Shown here piece by piece: positions 24,301-38,088 of a stretch of DNA of 64,000 nucleotides. The position numbers were made by a program, and so were the translations under genes. Source of the stretch: Takakia lepidozioides (Eukaryota; Plantae; Bryophyta); the NCBI GenBank assembly GCA_030704615.1, contig CM060733.1, forward strand, positions 49,724,001 through 49,788,000, given 5' to 3'. Below the pieces are notes generated by a model. That model saw only the letters and a list, made by a program, of their open reading frames with translations, had not been told where the DNA came from and made no database searches. How positions within the stretch are numbered: the stretch's first letter is position 1; each line of letters opens with the position of its first letter.

Positions 24301-27300
24301 CGTTTGATGTCCTATATGGACTGTGCTTGTCATACTGTTGGGGCAAAGTAAATCTAGAAATTGGCACTGTGAAATGACATACCAGTCCAAACTTTGGTTG
24401 ATACATGATCATTATGGTCATCACGTCAGCGTCAGCTCTTTTTAACACTTTACAAGTGACATATCACAAATGTCCTTCGATCTTTCTGGTGTGTGAGACA
24501 CCAGCAGATCAGCTCACCAGTAGATCAGCTCACCTTGGTAGATGAGCAATTATCACGAGTGTCTGAGAGCAGTGGGAAGCATGGAAGGGAATGCGTGCAA
24601 TGCCCCAAATGCAACCTGTGATTCCATTGTTAAGATTGGAAGGACCTCTCTCTCTCTCTCTCCCCTTTCGCTGGAAAACCCGGATTAATTCTATATATGA
24701 AGGTAAGTCTTACTACCAACGTCAGCCCCTGACAGAGGTAGGTTCTGTCCCTTTTGTTCCCGCTCAAACTGGGCGCGGGGTCAATGGCCACAAGGCTACG
24801 GCAAACAACATCTTATGAGTACAATCTCCCCTTTCACTGGCGACAGGGGGTCATTGTCAATCTACACAACAAAGGTGACAGAGAAGAGCTGGGGAACTAT
24901 CGAGGCATCACACTTCTCAATGCAGTTGGCAAGATATTTTGCAGAGTTACTCGTACTCGTACTCGTCTCGAGGTTCATCTGGAGTCTAGAGATTGTTTCC
25001 ATGAGGGCCAAGCTGGCTTTCGGAGAAACAGGGGCTGTGTGGATGATATATTCACTCTAAGCCAGATTATCCAGGGAACGTAGAAAAGAAGGGAAACCTT
25101 CTTTTGTCTTCATCCAACCCACTTTTGTCTCCATCCAATCTTCAGGAGTTGATTGATTCCGCGAAGAGATACTTTGAACTTTGGGGACTAGACGCTAACG
25201 TCAGTAAATGCGCAGTGGTGGCATTCGACGACCAAGGGGAGGGAGGAGGCGATCTCAAGTGGCAGTGGTGAAGCCAAGAGAATCCGGTTCTCCCTTCCTA
25301 CACTTACCTTGGCGTTGAGTTCTCCTCCAACTGTACTTGGGATGCACATATTCAAAAAGTTGTTACTTCTCTTTAACCTTATCTGGAGGACTGAAATGAT
25401 CCCCTTTCGCTAGCGTTAGCGGGTTATTGTCAATCTATACAAGAAGGGCGACAGACAAGAACCGGGGAACTACCGAATCATCACGCCCTTCAATGGAGTT
25501 GGCAAGATATTTTACGGAGTTATAAATACTCGGTAAAATTTGGGTTAAGGGTGGGTGATGCCACCATACCAGCCCTTATGTTTTCGGATGCCTTTGCAGG
25601 CATAGCGGAGACTCCTTCCAATCTCCAGGAGTTGATTGATTGCGCGAAGAGATACTTTGACCTTTGGGAGCCAGAGGCTAATGTCAGTAAATGTGCAGTG
25701 GTAGCATTCAACGACCAAGGAGAGGGAGGAGGTGATCTCAAGTGGCAGTGGGGGAAGCCAAGAGATTCCGGTCGTTCCGTCCTACACATACCTTGGCATT
25801 GAGTTTTCATCAAACCGTAATTGGGATGCTCCCTTGCTCCCTTCTACAAAAGAAAGCTAATAGAGTTGACTGTAGATGCTGGACTTCTCCTCCTCCTCTC
25901 TGCAATCTACTAGGATAGCACATCAACCTACATGCTAGAAGAAATGCTGGGCATTGCCTCAGCCCTTCCCTAAATCCTACACAGGTTCGCTGGAACGTTC
26001 TGGTGGGAACCATCCCTAGCCATTCTAATTGCTGAGCAGCTCATACACAGCAGATTGACGCTTGTGTGAAGGGCCTTCTAGAGGTTATCTGGAAACCCTG
26101 AACTAATTGTTTATACCAACCACTACTGGAGTGAGTCCCTAACAAAGGTAGTGTCTGTTCCCTCTTGTTCTGTCCAAACTGGGTGTCGGGTTTATGGCCA
26201 CAAGGCTCCGGCAATTAACCTCTTATGAGTATGTTCTCGAAGTTTGGTTAATCTTTGATTGTAAGGCTGAAATATTTTGGCTGACTCTTCACATGTTGAC
26301 ACAGAAACCCAGTAAGTCTACAGCCTGTGTCGAGAACTGATGAAGTCAGTGGGAGTTACAACAGCTGTTCGCTGTTTTACATGAGATAGTCGATTTGTCT
26401 CGTATTCTTGATTGACTCTTTAAGTTATGAGCAGCATTCTTTCTAGTTTCCTTCCTCTTTGTATTATTTTCTTCCATCTCTTGATGTTTTATCCTCATGT
26501 TTTTGTTTTTCTTACCTTGGATGTTACTGTCATGTTACCTCTCATATGTGAGTTTAAAGTTTACTAGGCTCTCACATTGAGATATGGTAAACCTTACTGA
26601 GCAAAGAGCTTGGTTGGCTGCAGGTCTTTTGAGTGCAAATGCAATCCAAGACTTAAATCTGGCAGAAGACTTGGCAAGGACATGCTATGAGATGTATGAG
26701 GTCACTGCCACAGGTCTAGCACCAGAGATTGCCTACTTCAACTTGAATGTAAGTGGCCAGTTGTCATTCTGACCTGCATTAGTTGATTCAGTGTTCAATG
26801 ATTTCCAGACCTCTTGAGGGACACTCCACTCTGTCCTCCTTTTCAAGCAACAGTCTGATGGGGCTGGGTACTGGGATGAAGACTTTCCCTTAAACAACAT
26901 TTTCCCCACGTAGCTTAACAAAGAAGCAGTAGGAAGTCAGTGGGGACACTAGGTGGGCAAGACGTCAATAAGGCAAGAGGCTTGTCAGGATGTTCTCTTA
27001 AAACTATGGTCTGAGGCCTAGGTAGGAATAAGGTTCCAAGTTGACAACCTCTCTCTGTGAAAACTAAAAAGCAGGTGTGGGTTGCAGCAGGGTAAGCTGA
27101 ACGTGGAGGGAGGGAAGCCAGATGCTTTTTTTAAGCATGACATCATCATCAAACCTGCTGATCGTCATAACCTTCTTCGCCCAGAAATGGTTGAGTCACT
27201 ATTTGTGTTATATCGTATTACTGGAGACTTGAAGTAAGTGCCTACATGCAACTTGTCACCTCTCTGCAAGAATGTGTTAAAAAATCTGCTCTGAGAGTGA

Positions 27301-28385
27301 GATAAGCATCTTCCTCTACCAGAATTACTTGACAGATGAACTCTTGTATCAAGGAACGTGGTTCATGTCATTATGGTTTAGTGTGATCTTAAGAGCGAGA
27401 TAAAATTGTCTGTACCATATCATATTGAGTACAGGGTACCACTGTAAATTGTCCCAATGGACAAGCAAATAGGGCCATCTGAAAATGAGGAAGTGTTCAC
27501 CACCGGAACGGATGACTTCAGTTGTTGGATAATCACTGGGCCCCTCCGTGTGCCAGGCGCCGAACATATAGCTGGCGGACATCCTAGCTCTAAATGACTG
27601 CATTGGAAGCATCCACCTTAATGTTAGTAGCAGTCTCTAGATGTTTGCCACTCGGAGCTCTCAGTGCTCTCCACCTTTCCAGGTGTTAAGTGACGAGAGA
27701 AAACCTTTCCTCTGAGTCCTAGTACTGTGCATTTATTAGCCTGGGCAGCCTTTTTCAAATCAGTGTTTACCAATACTTTCTGGGTATGCAATGAATATGC
27801 TCAGTATTTGCACAGTACTCAGTGCAAATAATTTGTCTAGTCGCAATGTTTTGCAAAAACACTTATTTGTATCGTATTGTGCTCACTAAACTGTGCAAGA
27901 TGGCCATCCATCACTGCTTTAAACATGCTGTGAACTACACTATCACCAGTGTGGCCAGTTGGTTTACCTGTGAGGAATCCTGATGCCTGGATAGTTTAGC
28001 CCTCAAAACTAATCTGTTTGTCCGCAATGACTTGTGGACAAACATGTTAATGTGTTTTATGCACCACGTTTTCTGTAGGTACAGGGAATGGGGTTGGAAG
28101 ATTTTTCAGGCTTTTCAAACCCACACCAAGGTCATCTCCGGTGGCTATGCATCTCTTGATGACGTGACTATAGTGCCAGCCCCAAAGAGAGACAAGATGG
28201 AGACATTCTTCGTTGGAGAGACTTTGAAGTACCTGTATTTGTTATTTGGGGACACTAATGTGTTGCCGTTAACTCACTTTGTGTTCAACACCGAAGCCCA
28301 CCCACTGCCTATTATATGGCAAGACAATGGGAATAGGATCAATACTGTTAGCCAAGACAACACAGGTAAGAGCAATTCTAGTTGA
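15396..28385 (+). CDS. MNS3: Class I alpha-1,2-mannosidase (GH47), ER-type/MNS3-like. Exons: 15396-15473, 16265-16570, 17227-17487, 17894-18309, 18564-18831, 23776-23848, 26624-26748, 27088 or 27091-27233, 28079-28385
   Basis: The N-terminus [26 protein letters not shown] is typical of plant MNS3, followed by a TM anchor. GH47 motifs: [44 protein letters not shown]|[50 protein letters not shown]. All introns are GT-AG with consistent phases. Confidence 0.93.
19107..22240 (-). mobile_element. Degenerate LINE (APE endonuclease + RT) in MNS3 intron 5
   Basis: Endonuclease motifs SIVDYLVVD and SDHFLVW. RT motifs WRQGVIV.LY.KG....[16 protein letters not shown] and ALMFADDF. Many stops and frameshifts. 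The 3' end is shared with the copies in intron 6. Confidence 0.88.
24725..26231 (+). mobile_element. Stacked fragments of the same LINE family in MNS3 intron 6
   Basis: ORF 24754..25083 repeats the WRQGVIV...NYRGITLL...QAGFR block. The LQELID...ANVSKCAVV block occurs twice (~25140, ~25620). The 3'-end motif caaactggg...atggccacaaggc...cttatgagta occurs at ~24765-24821 and ~26175-26231. Confidence 0.85.
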
Positions 28386-29540
28386 ACTACATAGTTATTT
28401 ATTATTATTTATTTATCACATTGTCAATGTTATGCATTTACAAGGCTGCTTGTCTGTACAAAGAGGCCTTAGCTTGTGGTAAATGAGAGACCTGTCTTTG
28501 GACATTTCCACAAACTGAGTATTTTTGTGGAAATGGATGTATCAAGTAGCTCGAATGTTCAGGGGTGCAGTAGACTGTCAGCCAACAAGGGTGGGGTACC
28601 TTGCCCAGCCGAAAGTGGGTAAGCATTTTCCTGCTGTGATCTGAAAAAATCAAGTGAAGCCAATTCTGCTATTTGCTGCACATCTACTACCCATTGATCG
28701 GTGTTGATTGATAAGCAGGCTTTACGAAAGTTCAATAAAGGCTTTAATGCAGACTTGCCTTTTTGGCTGTTCAAGGTATATAAAAACTGCTTTCTAGTTT
28801 TTTTTAAGGTATCTAGTATCCACCAGTGTCGGGCTGGTATATAGGGCCCGGCCTGGTATCAATCCCGTATTAAATAACCGACCCGGCTGGTACTGGCTGT
28901 TGTAATAGTAGGGTGAAGAACAGGACCCCTTGGTGACGGCAATTCCAATATCTAGATCAATACTCTACCTAGGCTGGTATTGACAAAGGCAATACCTGCG
29001 CAATGGGTAAAAATATTGACCCTACACATGGTATAGGCCCCCCAATGCTCTTCACTTTTTAGCACATGTCAAGTTGTGTCTACATATCAACTTCATCCTA
29101 GCAAAATATATAAATGATATATATATATATATATGTATATTTTAAATCGAAGAATGTAATGCATTACACCATCAACAATTTTAATTTGTGTATGTCATTT
29201 TTCATTATATTTTCAAACAATTCAGTCATGATGTATGGTACTCAACCATCACTAACACTTACATTGAGTAATTCAAAAAATAAGAAAAAAAACACTTACA
29301 TGCCGGACTCCCAGCCTTAAGATAGTGTTTTTTTTGTTTTTTGTTTTTAAGAGAAAGGGGACAGAGTGTATTTTCGTACTTTCTATAATTTTCCATAGAG
29401 TCTAAAAAGTGTATGGCTCAACAAGAGAAACCCTAAATGTGAGCCTCATCGTCTCCGAGTGCGAGGTGGTGTGGTGTGAGGATCGAGGAGACAGAGGATC
29501 GCACGCAGAATCGAGACAGACACCAGTCTTCCAAATCGCG

Positions 29541-30687
29541 ATGCCGACGCTGAATGTGCACACGAATGTACCTCTGGATGGTGTGGTAACATCCGACATT
29601 CTCAAAGATGCCAGCAAGGCCGTAGCTCGGATAATCGGCAAGCCGGAATCTGTCTGTTCACTACCTTCTCAGCTCGTTTTCATGTTCTCTTCCGAGTGAT
29701 TGACGTAGACGAGGTGTTGCGGGTTTGATTCCGTTAACGTAATGGATGGAGATAGATTTGAGTTTGGGTTGGGAAGTGGAATGCACGTCTGTCGGACTCT
29801 CTGTGTAAAGTTCCGAAGTGACAGGATTTGTGTGGGGGATGGTCGTTGTGGCATTTTTATGCCCGCAGTATGTTATGGTGTCGCTCAAAGGTGGAGTGCC
29901 AATGTCGTTTGGAGGAAGTGAGGAGCCAACGGCATATGGTGAGCTCGTGTCAATTGGCGGGCTTGGGCCAGATACAAACAAGCAGCTGAGTGCAGCTCTT
30001 GCGGAGATTTTGAAATCCAAGTTGTCAGTTCCTCCCGCACGTTTTTACATCAAATTTTATGATGTCAAGGTGGGGATTCAATCTCACTGCTCGACTACTA
30101 TTTCTCCTACTAATTTTCAGTGCAAATCTGTGCCGGAGCTTGGACATCTGAATCGTGGTATGTGCGTGCATCTGGGCATGTGGTATGGTTGTGAGGCAGG
30201 GTCAGTCATGTACTCAAAGTACCGTGTGCATGCATGTACTTCACCAGTAGATTGAGGGCTGAGGCAAGCCTTGTGGAATTTAGCATACAGAAGCCACCAA
30301 AATCTTGTAGTCAACCTCGTCGCATCTTGCATTTCGGTAAGTCTATTGCTCTCCCAAAATTATGAGCATTTTTCCTGTACCTTATACATCCTCAGTCGAC
30401 TGGAACCCTCCATCCTCTCCTTGTTTCATGTAAATAACATCTTGGGTTGTCATTTGGTTGTAGCTTTGTGGCCTATCAATTATCCTCTCAGTTCCACATG
30501 CTCACATTCAAATGATTTTTACGTATATGAGTTAAACTTTTATTGTGGATATGGATGATTGACTCCAGAACCAAGGTATCTAACTCATGTTTTATTCTTC
30601 CGGATAACCAACCCCCTAAATCCTCTTGTTGCATTGTGTTGGAATGTGCAGAGGACTGATTTTGGCTGGAATGGCGCAACATTCTAG
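29541..30687 (+). CDS. Macrophage migration inhibitory factor / D-dopachrome tautomerase-like protein (plant MDL), 115 aa. Exons: 29541-29651, 29869-30069, 30652-30687
   Basis: MPTLNVHTNV...IIGKPES|YVMV...MSFGGSEEPTAYGELVSIGGL...RFYIKFYDVK|RTDFGWNGATF*. Catalytic Pro follows the Met. GT-AG phase-0 introns. Confidence 0.95.
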
Positions 30688-32216
30688 TTCTGTATTGTCC
30701 ACTTTGTTCACGTGAATTGACGCCGGTTAACTTAGGGAGAGTTGTAACTGAAGTTTATTTCTTCCTGTATCACTGAAGTGGTCCAATGGGCAAGGTGTGA
30801 TGCTGTTGGTAATTAACAGATGTTGCTACCATCCCTTGTCCTCTTGTGACTTCTAGAGATGTGAATCTCATTCTTTGTGTAAGTAAACAATTGTGTCATG
30901 CTCGAATGTATATTATCTGGAGCTGTTTATTCTTTTTGTCCTTGGGCTTAGGCCCTGCCCGCACCGCGCTGCTAGTGTAGAACACCTGCTAACGGCTTAG
31001 CATGCCCATTTTCCTAACAGCTGCTCCAATTAACACAATGCCTGCCGCACTAAAGTCTTAGCTTAACAGGTTTTAGTGCATAATGTTAGTTTTAAACACA
31101 CGTTTGTCTGCCCGTGCCCGACTTCCTCGCCATTTTCCCTCGCCTCCCAAAAGGCCAAGAGCAGTGATGAGACAAAAGGAGTAGCGATGAGACCAGTGAA
31201 GTGAAGAGTTGGGTGTTTGCATTCGGAGGACTCGTTGCGCGTGCAAGAGACATACTCTTTTGAGAGAGACACATTGTTCAGGCACACATTGTTCAGGCAT
31301 CCCTGTCGTAGTTCCACTTTGCCAACCAAATCTGCACCCATGTCGGCTGCCTTCATGTCAATGTTTTCCCTTGAACACCAAACCCGATCTCTCCTGCCTT
31401 AGGCCCCGCCCGCGTGATAAGGTCAGTGCTTTCAGAGGATTCTTTTTTTTGGCAAGATGTATCTACATTTTCATCTCATTTTTCATGGTTATTTTGTGGC
31501 CATATGAGAGCATGATGACCTTTCACACAAACACATTTTAATGTCTCCAAATCTAAAGTCTGAAGTTTGAAAGAGAAACCGTGTTGCTGGGCATGAAGAT
31601 GAAATTGAGAATTAGTGGGGAACTTATGTATACTCTGTTTATGTCCTGGGTGTGGCAGGGAGGCTTTCATTTGTGAACGGGTGACGCCTGGTAGGTCAAC
31701 CTCATTTGTATTCTGATGCCTGTGCCAGTCTTTGAGCACTGGAAAAGTGTAGATGGATCTGTATGTATTTGTAGTGATGGGACTTTGTTTACATCTTTTC
31801 CTACACAAACCCCACCTGATATCTCGAACAACTATAGTTGAGAATCTTGATGCTGTCATTGCTGATGTAGCCTGAGTGACTGTGAAGACTGGTCTAAAAG
31901 TTGTTATGTGGAAAGCTCAGGGCCAGCAATTCATCTGAAGTTCCCCTTAAAACCACTGTGTAAGACCAGGGAGTAGTTGAGCAGCTCAGTCTCAACTGTA
32001 CTCGTCTCAGCATTGAATAGATAGCCCAGTGGGTAGCCCAGTGATCGCGGGTTCAAAGCCATATAGGTGTATGCTTTCTTGTCTATCATGCTACAAGCAG
32101 CGCTGGAAGCCATTCATCTTTCTTTCTGTATGTCTGTCTTTTTAACGAGATTTGGGACAATCAGCTCTTGTTGTTGCAAGTTGGGAGTCGGTGATCTCAG
32201 GGCGGTGCATGTGTAG

Positions 32217-32316
32217 GGAGAATTTGTTTGAGGAGATGCTTCAGGAGAAAGAAGAGATTGCTGTGAAGCGAAAACGTTGCAAAGAGATACTGCGGGTGCT
32301 GCAGCAAGCTGCATGG
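32217..32316 (+). pseudogene. Isolated exon of a dynamin-related protein 3 (DRP3) GTPase effector domain
   Basis: ag|(R)ENLFEEMLQEKEEIAVKRKRCKEILRVLQQAAW|gt matches the DRP3 GED exon. No neighbouring DRP3 exons were recognised. Confidence 0.65.
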
Positions 32317-35300
32317 GTATTTACACACATGCTCGATTCCCAGTCTATTCCAGTTTAGGTCTCTCCATGCCCCTTAGATGGTGGTGTTCTCATAAGAGGA
32401 GCTGAGAGCAAGGCTGAGGACCTCAAATATGTATGGCACTATCACTGATGTATGCAGATGGCGTGAAACATACATACAAGTAGAATATATATGCATGTAC
32501 GTATGAGTTTGTAAGTATTTATGTTATGTGAACCATCCATAACAAGCCTATGCATGTGGATGGCTGGCATACGTGATCCAAGGCGTGGCTGAGAGGAGCT
32601 CTACCTCTTTGGGTGCAGGAAGTGGACACCACCTTTTCTTGATCTCACACCGTGCCAGCATTTCTGCAGCTATTTTTCCCTGTTATAAAAAGTCATACTC
32701 TACTTAAGCGGACCATTGTCATTGATGCAGTTGATGGCATTTTTTGTCATTAATGGGCCTTTTTTTGGGCCTTTAACTCCATCAATATCTCTCAATCCTT
32801 GTCTTGCCAAGGAGCTGTGAGCATGTTACATAGGTTTCAAACAAAGCTCAAATTTATCTTTTGTACACTCTTTCAGTGTGCACTTCTGGTAGGACACTTG
32901 TCCAAGAGCCCCTCCATCGGCAGTCAGCAGGGCTGTGGGGTATAGCAAACAATGATGTAATTATGCACAAATTGCAATGATTGCAAAAGGCAAAGATGGA
33001 TTAGCAAGTAATCTGTGGGGTCTGCAGTGCAGACTGAGAAAGAGTGAGGAAGACTAGTGATTGAGACATTGGGACACTGAACTTAAAAAAAATGGGGAGA
33101 ATATGGAAGGAATGTTCTGCGGGACAGTTTTTTGTTTTTGTAGTGATTAGGCCATGATAATCTAGTCTTAAATCCATAGACCCTTGTGTGCACCCTGGTT
33201 GGATGGAGAGACAGAGCTACACAGAGGCAGAGAAATGCTTGGCAGAATGTATGAGTTATGGCTTTTTGTGGACCATCTCAAGTCTCAACTCAGGGTTTTT
33301 TGCTTCACAAAGAATTGTATGGAAACTTGCACATCTTGCCATTTGTGGCAAGTACGAATCCTCGTGAGGATGATGATGCAAGAAGAATATTGAGAAGAGA
33401 CTGTTGGTAGAGGTGTGAGGGAATATTTTTTCGGAGAGACAAGGAGTTGTGTTGATGACATTGAAATCTGGAGCCAATACGATTGCGGAGCTCACAGTGC
33501 TCAACGTTGAAGAGGTTGGACTTCCATATCTGCAAGAAGGGCTCTATCAGAGCTGGTGGGAGTCTTTCACTACAGTGGTCATATTTTTTGAAAAAGTCAA
33601 ACTATGGCACTGCGCGTTTAAGGGTTAAGAATTGAAGTTGGTAGATGGATCTCAAATTCTCTTCTAATTCTTGTGACATGGCAGGTGTAATATGTGAAGG
33701 AGCCAATATAATATGTAGAGGAGCTTCATTGGGGCCTGATTCTAGAGTGGTCCAAGAATTACTGTGGCCTAGGAATTAGAGTGGGGCGCCTATGTAGGAA
33801 GGCCACGCACATTAAGGAATGAGATGAGGGGTCCAAAAAAAGAATGGAGGAATTGGCTAAATTAGAATAGGGGCTCTTGTAGGGTTGACATGTGTCCAGG
33901 CCTTCTAGAAGGGTCCCAGGGTTGGTGCGCATTTAGAAGAGAGGGGTCCTAGGGTTGGTGCACCTTTAGAAGGGAGGGTCCCAACGCCCTGAGAGGCTAT
34001 ATAAGGGGAACCCCCTCTTACTACCTACTAACTTATTACCTACTAAATTAGTAAATAGTGGGCTCTGCAAAGGCAGGGCCCCCAAAAAAACAGCAAACAT
34101 GAATCACTCAATTAATAGAAACCTCAATATATAGAGCAGTTTCATTAAGGAGGGATTCTTTTGAAGGTCCCAGGAAAAAACGCGGAGGGTTGGACGAATG
34201 GGGTGGCGTGGAAAGGGGTGTGGGTAGGGGTAACTTGTCTTGTGAGGTATCAAGGAAAGCCCCAAAAATGGGATGCTAGGAAGTTTGTGGCTTGCCATCT
34301 CACCCATGTTGTAGTTAGTGGGCTGCATATAGGTATAGCTATTGACCTATAACATATGGAGTTCACTAATTGATTTTTTACATAGTTTTACTTTTTAGAT
34401 AGTTCTACTATTGTATTGTCCGTAGTGCTTGCCAAAGTTCACTTGACTTAGTCTCCATGGGGCTGGCCATCTCGAGTTCATTAGTTGACTTTCTAGACCC
34501 CAACGTTGCAATACTGCTAAATAATATGTGGGGGCCGCTCAAATTGGCATTTGTTTGTATGGTGGGCTCCAAACCAGGCCCCGTAGATGTTTCAATCCTT
34601 TTCCTAACTACACGTGTTTGCAACCCTCATTAATCTGCTGGCCCGCCATATGTTTGAATCCCATTAATAACGTCTACAACCCTCATAAATCCGCCACTTT
34701 GCCATGCTATCTGTACCTACCAGCAAGACTAAGGTAGCGAGGCACCTGGCTTGCACGACAAGGGTTTTTTACTACTACTCCGCCATCTTGGAAATTGGCC
34801 TGTCAAACGGGCCGGTAGAGTGCATTTGGCGGGGCATTTTGGCTTGCACCGCACTGAATGTTTTGGGGGGGCAATGTAGACTCGGGTTCGAGGCTTTATG
34901 CTTGGTGAGGATGTGAAAAGACACCCTCCCTTCCGGTATTGCGGAGTTCCAGTTGAGAGACCTTGCAGCACACATCGACCCCACCTGCGAGCTTGTAAGT
35001 ACGGGGTGGAGAGTGGGATCGCGTGGGATCGTCTTCAAGGTGAAGCGCTTGGGATTGGCGAAGTAGGGCTGAGGGCACTGGGATCATTGTGTTTCTCAAC
35101 GGGACTCAATTTCATACAGGTTCAACACGCAGAAATTTCACTTTTCAACTGTCAAATCAAATCCAAGGACTCTGTCCCCTATTCTCCAAAATGAATGAAT
35201 AAATAAATAACAGTCATTTTTACCTTGTAGTTTATTGTATGGAACTTAGATATTTGCTTTGCTGCTCTGCTCTACTTTTGCAAATACTATAATAAATTGC

Positions 35301-37922
35301 AATTTTTTGTAGCTTTTTAAATTGTTTATATTTGTTCGCAAGACCATTTACTATTTTGTCAATATGTAGAGCAGTTTCATCGAGGGATTCTTTTGAAGGT
35401 CCAAAAAATAAGAGATGGAAGGTCGAATGGGATGGCGTAAAAATATGTATGGGTAGGGGTAATTTGGCTTGTGAGGTGTCAAGCCAAGCTGGAAAGAAAA
35501 GAACGTATGGCCGTGGCTCCCCATTTCACATAGGAATATAGAGTATAGTGGATGGGCCTATCCACAGATAGGTATAGCCATCTAGTTCAATTGGTCTTGG
35601 CCTTGGACAACAAGGCAGACCTCCTGAACGATGCTTTTGAACCCTATGCACATAAAAGCAACCATCCACAAGTTGCCCATGCTCCACCGATGCCAGCTAA
35701 CTTTGAAAAATCTGGCCGAGAAGGCCGGGACATGGAAGTTAGCCCTAACTAGATGTGGAAGGAAGGTGGGATTGCCATCTTTCCTGGTTAACTAGTTGAC
35801 TTTGTAAAGACCTACTATTGTGAGTGGGGTGAAAAGCAACTCACTATCCAGATGTGAAAGGAAGGTGGGGGTACATTGCCCGGTGCGTGCAAGATTGTGG
35901 CTGGTGTAGGAGTATACAAAGGTGCTATACAGGGGTGGGCCCGGTGAAGACCGATACGGTTGCACACATTGGGGCCAATGGGATCGTGCTAGGGTTGAAG
36001 GCTGGTCACGGCCGATAAGCTGCAGAGTGGGATTGGGCGAGAAGCACATGCGCTGAAAGTGTTTATTCGCTGCACGCTCGCACAGACTCTCCTGCGGGCT
36101 CAACCTCGTTATGATCAGGCAGTGAAGTGCCGAATATTTATTTTCTTTACAACAAAACACTTCGGCACAATTTAAGGAAATTTATAGATTTTATGGCAAT
36201 GCCACAATGAGATAATTTGGCGGTGACTCCCTGCATGAACTCTATCTACTCTACCAGATGTGGTAAGAGAATTCTGTACCAAGAGTCAGTGGCTTAGATG
36301 GTTAATTGCACTGCGTGCCACCTAGATGATTCTGGGGTCAAATCTCGCTACTGACTGGTGTGGTATGGTTCCTGGGCGGTGTCCCACTCATTTGCCTCCA
36401 TGGCGCATAAATGAAAGAGGTTATTTTCTCCTCTCACTACGAAGGAGCCAAATTTGTGAGCTAGCGCTCCCAGGTGTTTCCCTTTTTTTCAAAAATGAAA
36501 CAAACAAAAAAAAACAAATTATGTGGGTTGTTAAGAGCCATGAGAACATCTGGTCAATCATCAAATGAATTGATTGTTCAGCCAATTATTCCAGGATTTC
36601 TCAGAGCTAAGGAAAATATTTTCCTAGAGCTTTATGCCTTGAAACATGCATTTGGAGATTTGATATTTGGAGTTTGTTTGAGGTTTTAGGCATTTTTTTG
36701 TAAAGTTTCTGGAATTTCGGCAGTTTTTCCTAAATTTCCACTTAAAAATTAGGCAGATTCATTTCTAATTATTTAGTGCCGGATCAGCCTTCCCACTACG
36801 GTACTACAGGTTCAACACACAATCATCTTACTCATGAAATCTTTGCCTACAATCCCAGACACGCATTTTAGATCTGTGCTGCTGCCCAAGATGCTTCACT
36901 GCTCTGCTCTACTTTTACGAATACTGTACTTAATGTAACTTTTAAACTGTTTATATGCGTCCACAGGACCAATATGTACAATAGAAATGTCAATATAGAA
37001 CATATATTTTCTGACATCATACAGCAATCGGTGTCTGAACGTTGCTTAGCGGATGGAATTCAACCCTGCAACCTCCGATTTCAGGACAGATCGCTCGTAC
37101 TACTGGGCAACCTGCCACAACACGACGGAATCTTGAGTTCAATGTCACTTATACCCAAAAATGGACTTGAGAGAGCGTGGGGCCCACCAATACTTAGGCG
37201 TCGTCGAGGTGACCGCGCGCCAGACTAGGGAGGCGCGGCTGCGGGGTGGGGGACGGGCCACGTAGGCGTGCTGGCCCGGGCGCATTCAACTCCCGGGCCT
37301 TTTCTATTACTTGCCTTCAACCATTGGCTTCACGTTCCAATGCTCATTTCATCTGCAGGACAGCATCACGGAAGTGCAACAAGTGAACGTCTCTTTTCAC
37401 ACATAAGGGACCTTATACCAGTACTATGGACCTTGTCTGGCTTACATGGACTTATAAAAACAAAACATTATTAATCACATCAAACTTTCAACCAGATGGA
37501 TCATAGACAAAAAAAAGTTCAGAATCAAAATAGAGGTGGAAACCTACGTTAAGTCTTCAAGGACATGAGATTCATTAGATACCTGTTTGATGTCAAGAAT
37601 CCAGAGGCAGAAATATTTATTACAGACACCGCATTTCAGATATCATAACAATGGTTTCTAAGTTCAAGCAGATACTTTGTAGCCAAATCTGAACTGAGAT
37701 TCAATTAGTTGGAATTTTAAGGCATTTGAAGCCAGATGATGCTCTGCCGAGATCCCAGATTCCAACAGCAGTGCGAGAAAACTCCTGTCACTGAGACTGC
37801 AACATAAATTCTACTGTCCTACCAAGATAGTGACAGAATCAGGTCCAAAACACATTCAGTCGAGTGAATGTTCAGTTGAAGCTTCAACACTCAAAACTCT
37901 CTCATGTGAAATGGAAGATTAA

Positions 37923-38080
37923 TAAACCAAACAGTAAACTTAACCATATATGGCCAACAGAAAACACGTCAGTTAGGAAAACGCTCCAACTCTATGTGAG
38001 CTAAACCAAACAGTAAACTTAAACATACATGGCCAACAGAAAACACATCAGTTAGAAAAACGCTCCAACTCTATGTGAGC
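37923..38080. repeat. 79-bp tandem duplication, 2 copies
   Basis: taaaccaaacagtaaactta...cgctccaactctatgtgagc occurs twice. Confidence 0.93.
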
Positions 38081-38088
38081 ATTGGCCG

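Noticed and set aside
33660-34080. Solo LTR (TATA-like ctatataag and three short tandem repeats)
   Set aside because: No TG...CA boundaries or TSD could be established.
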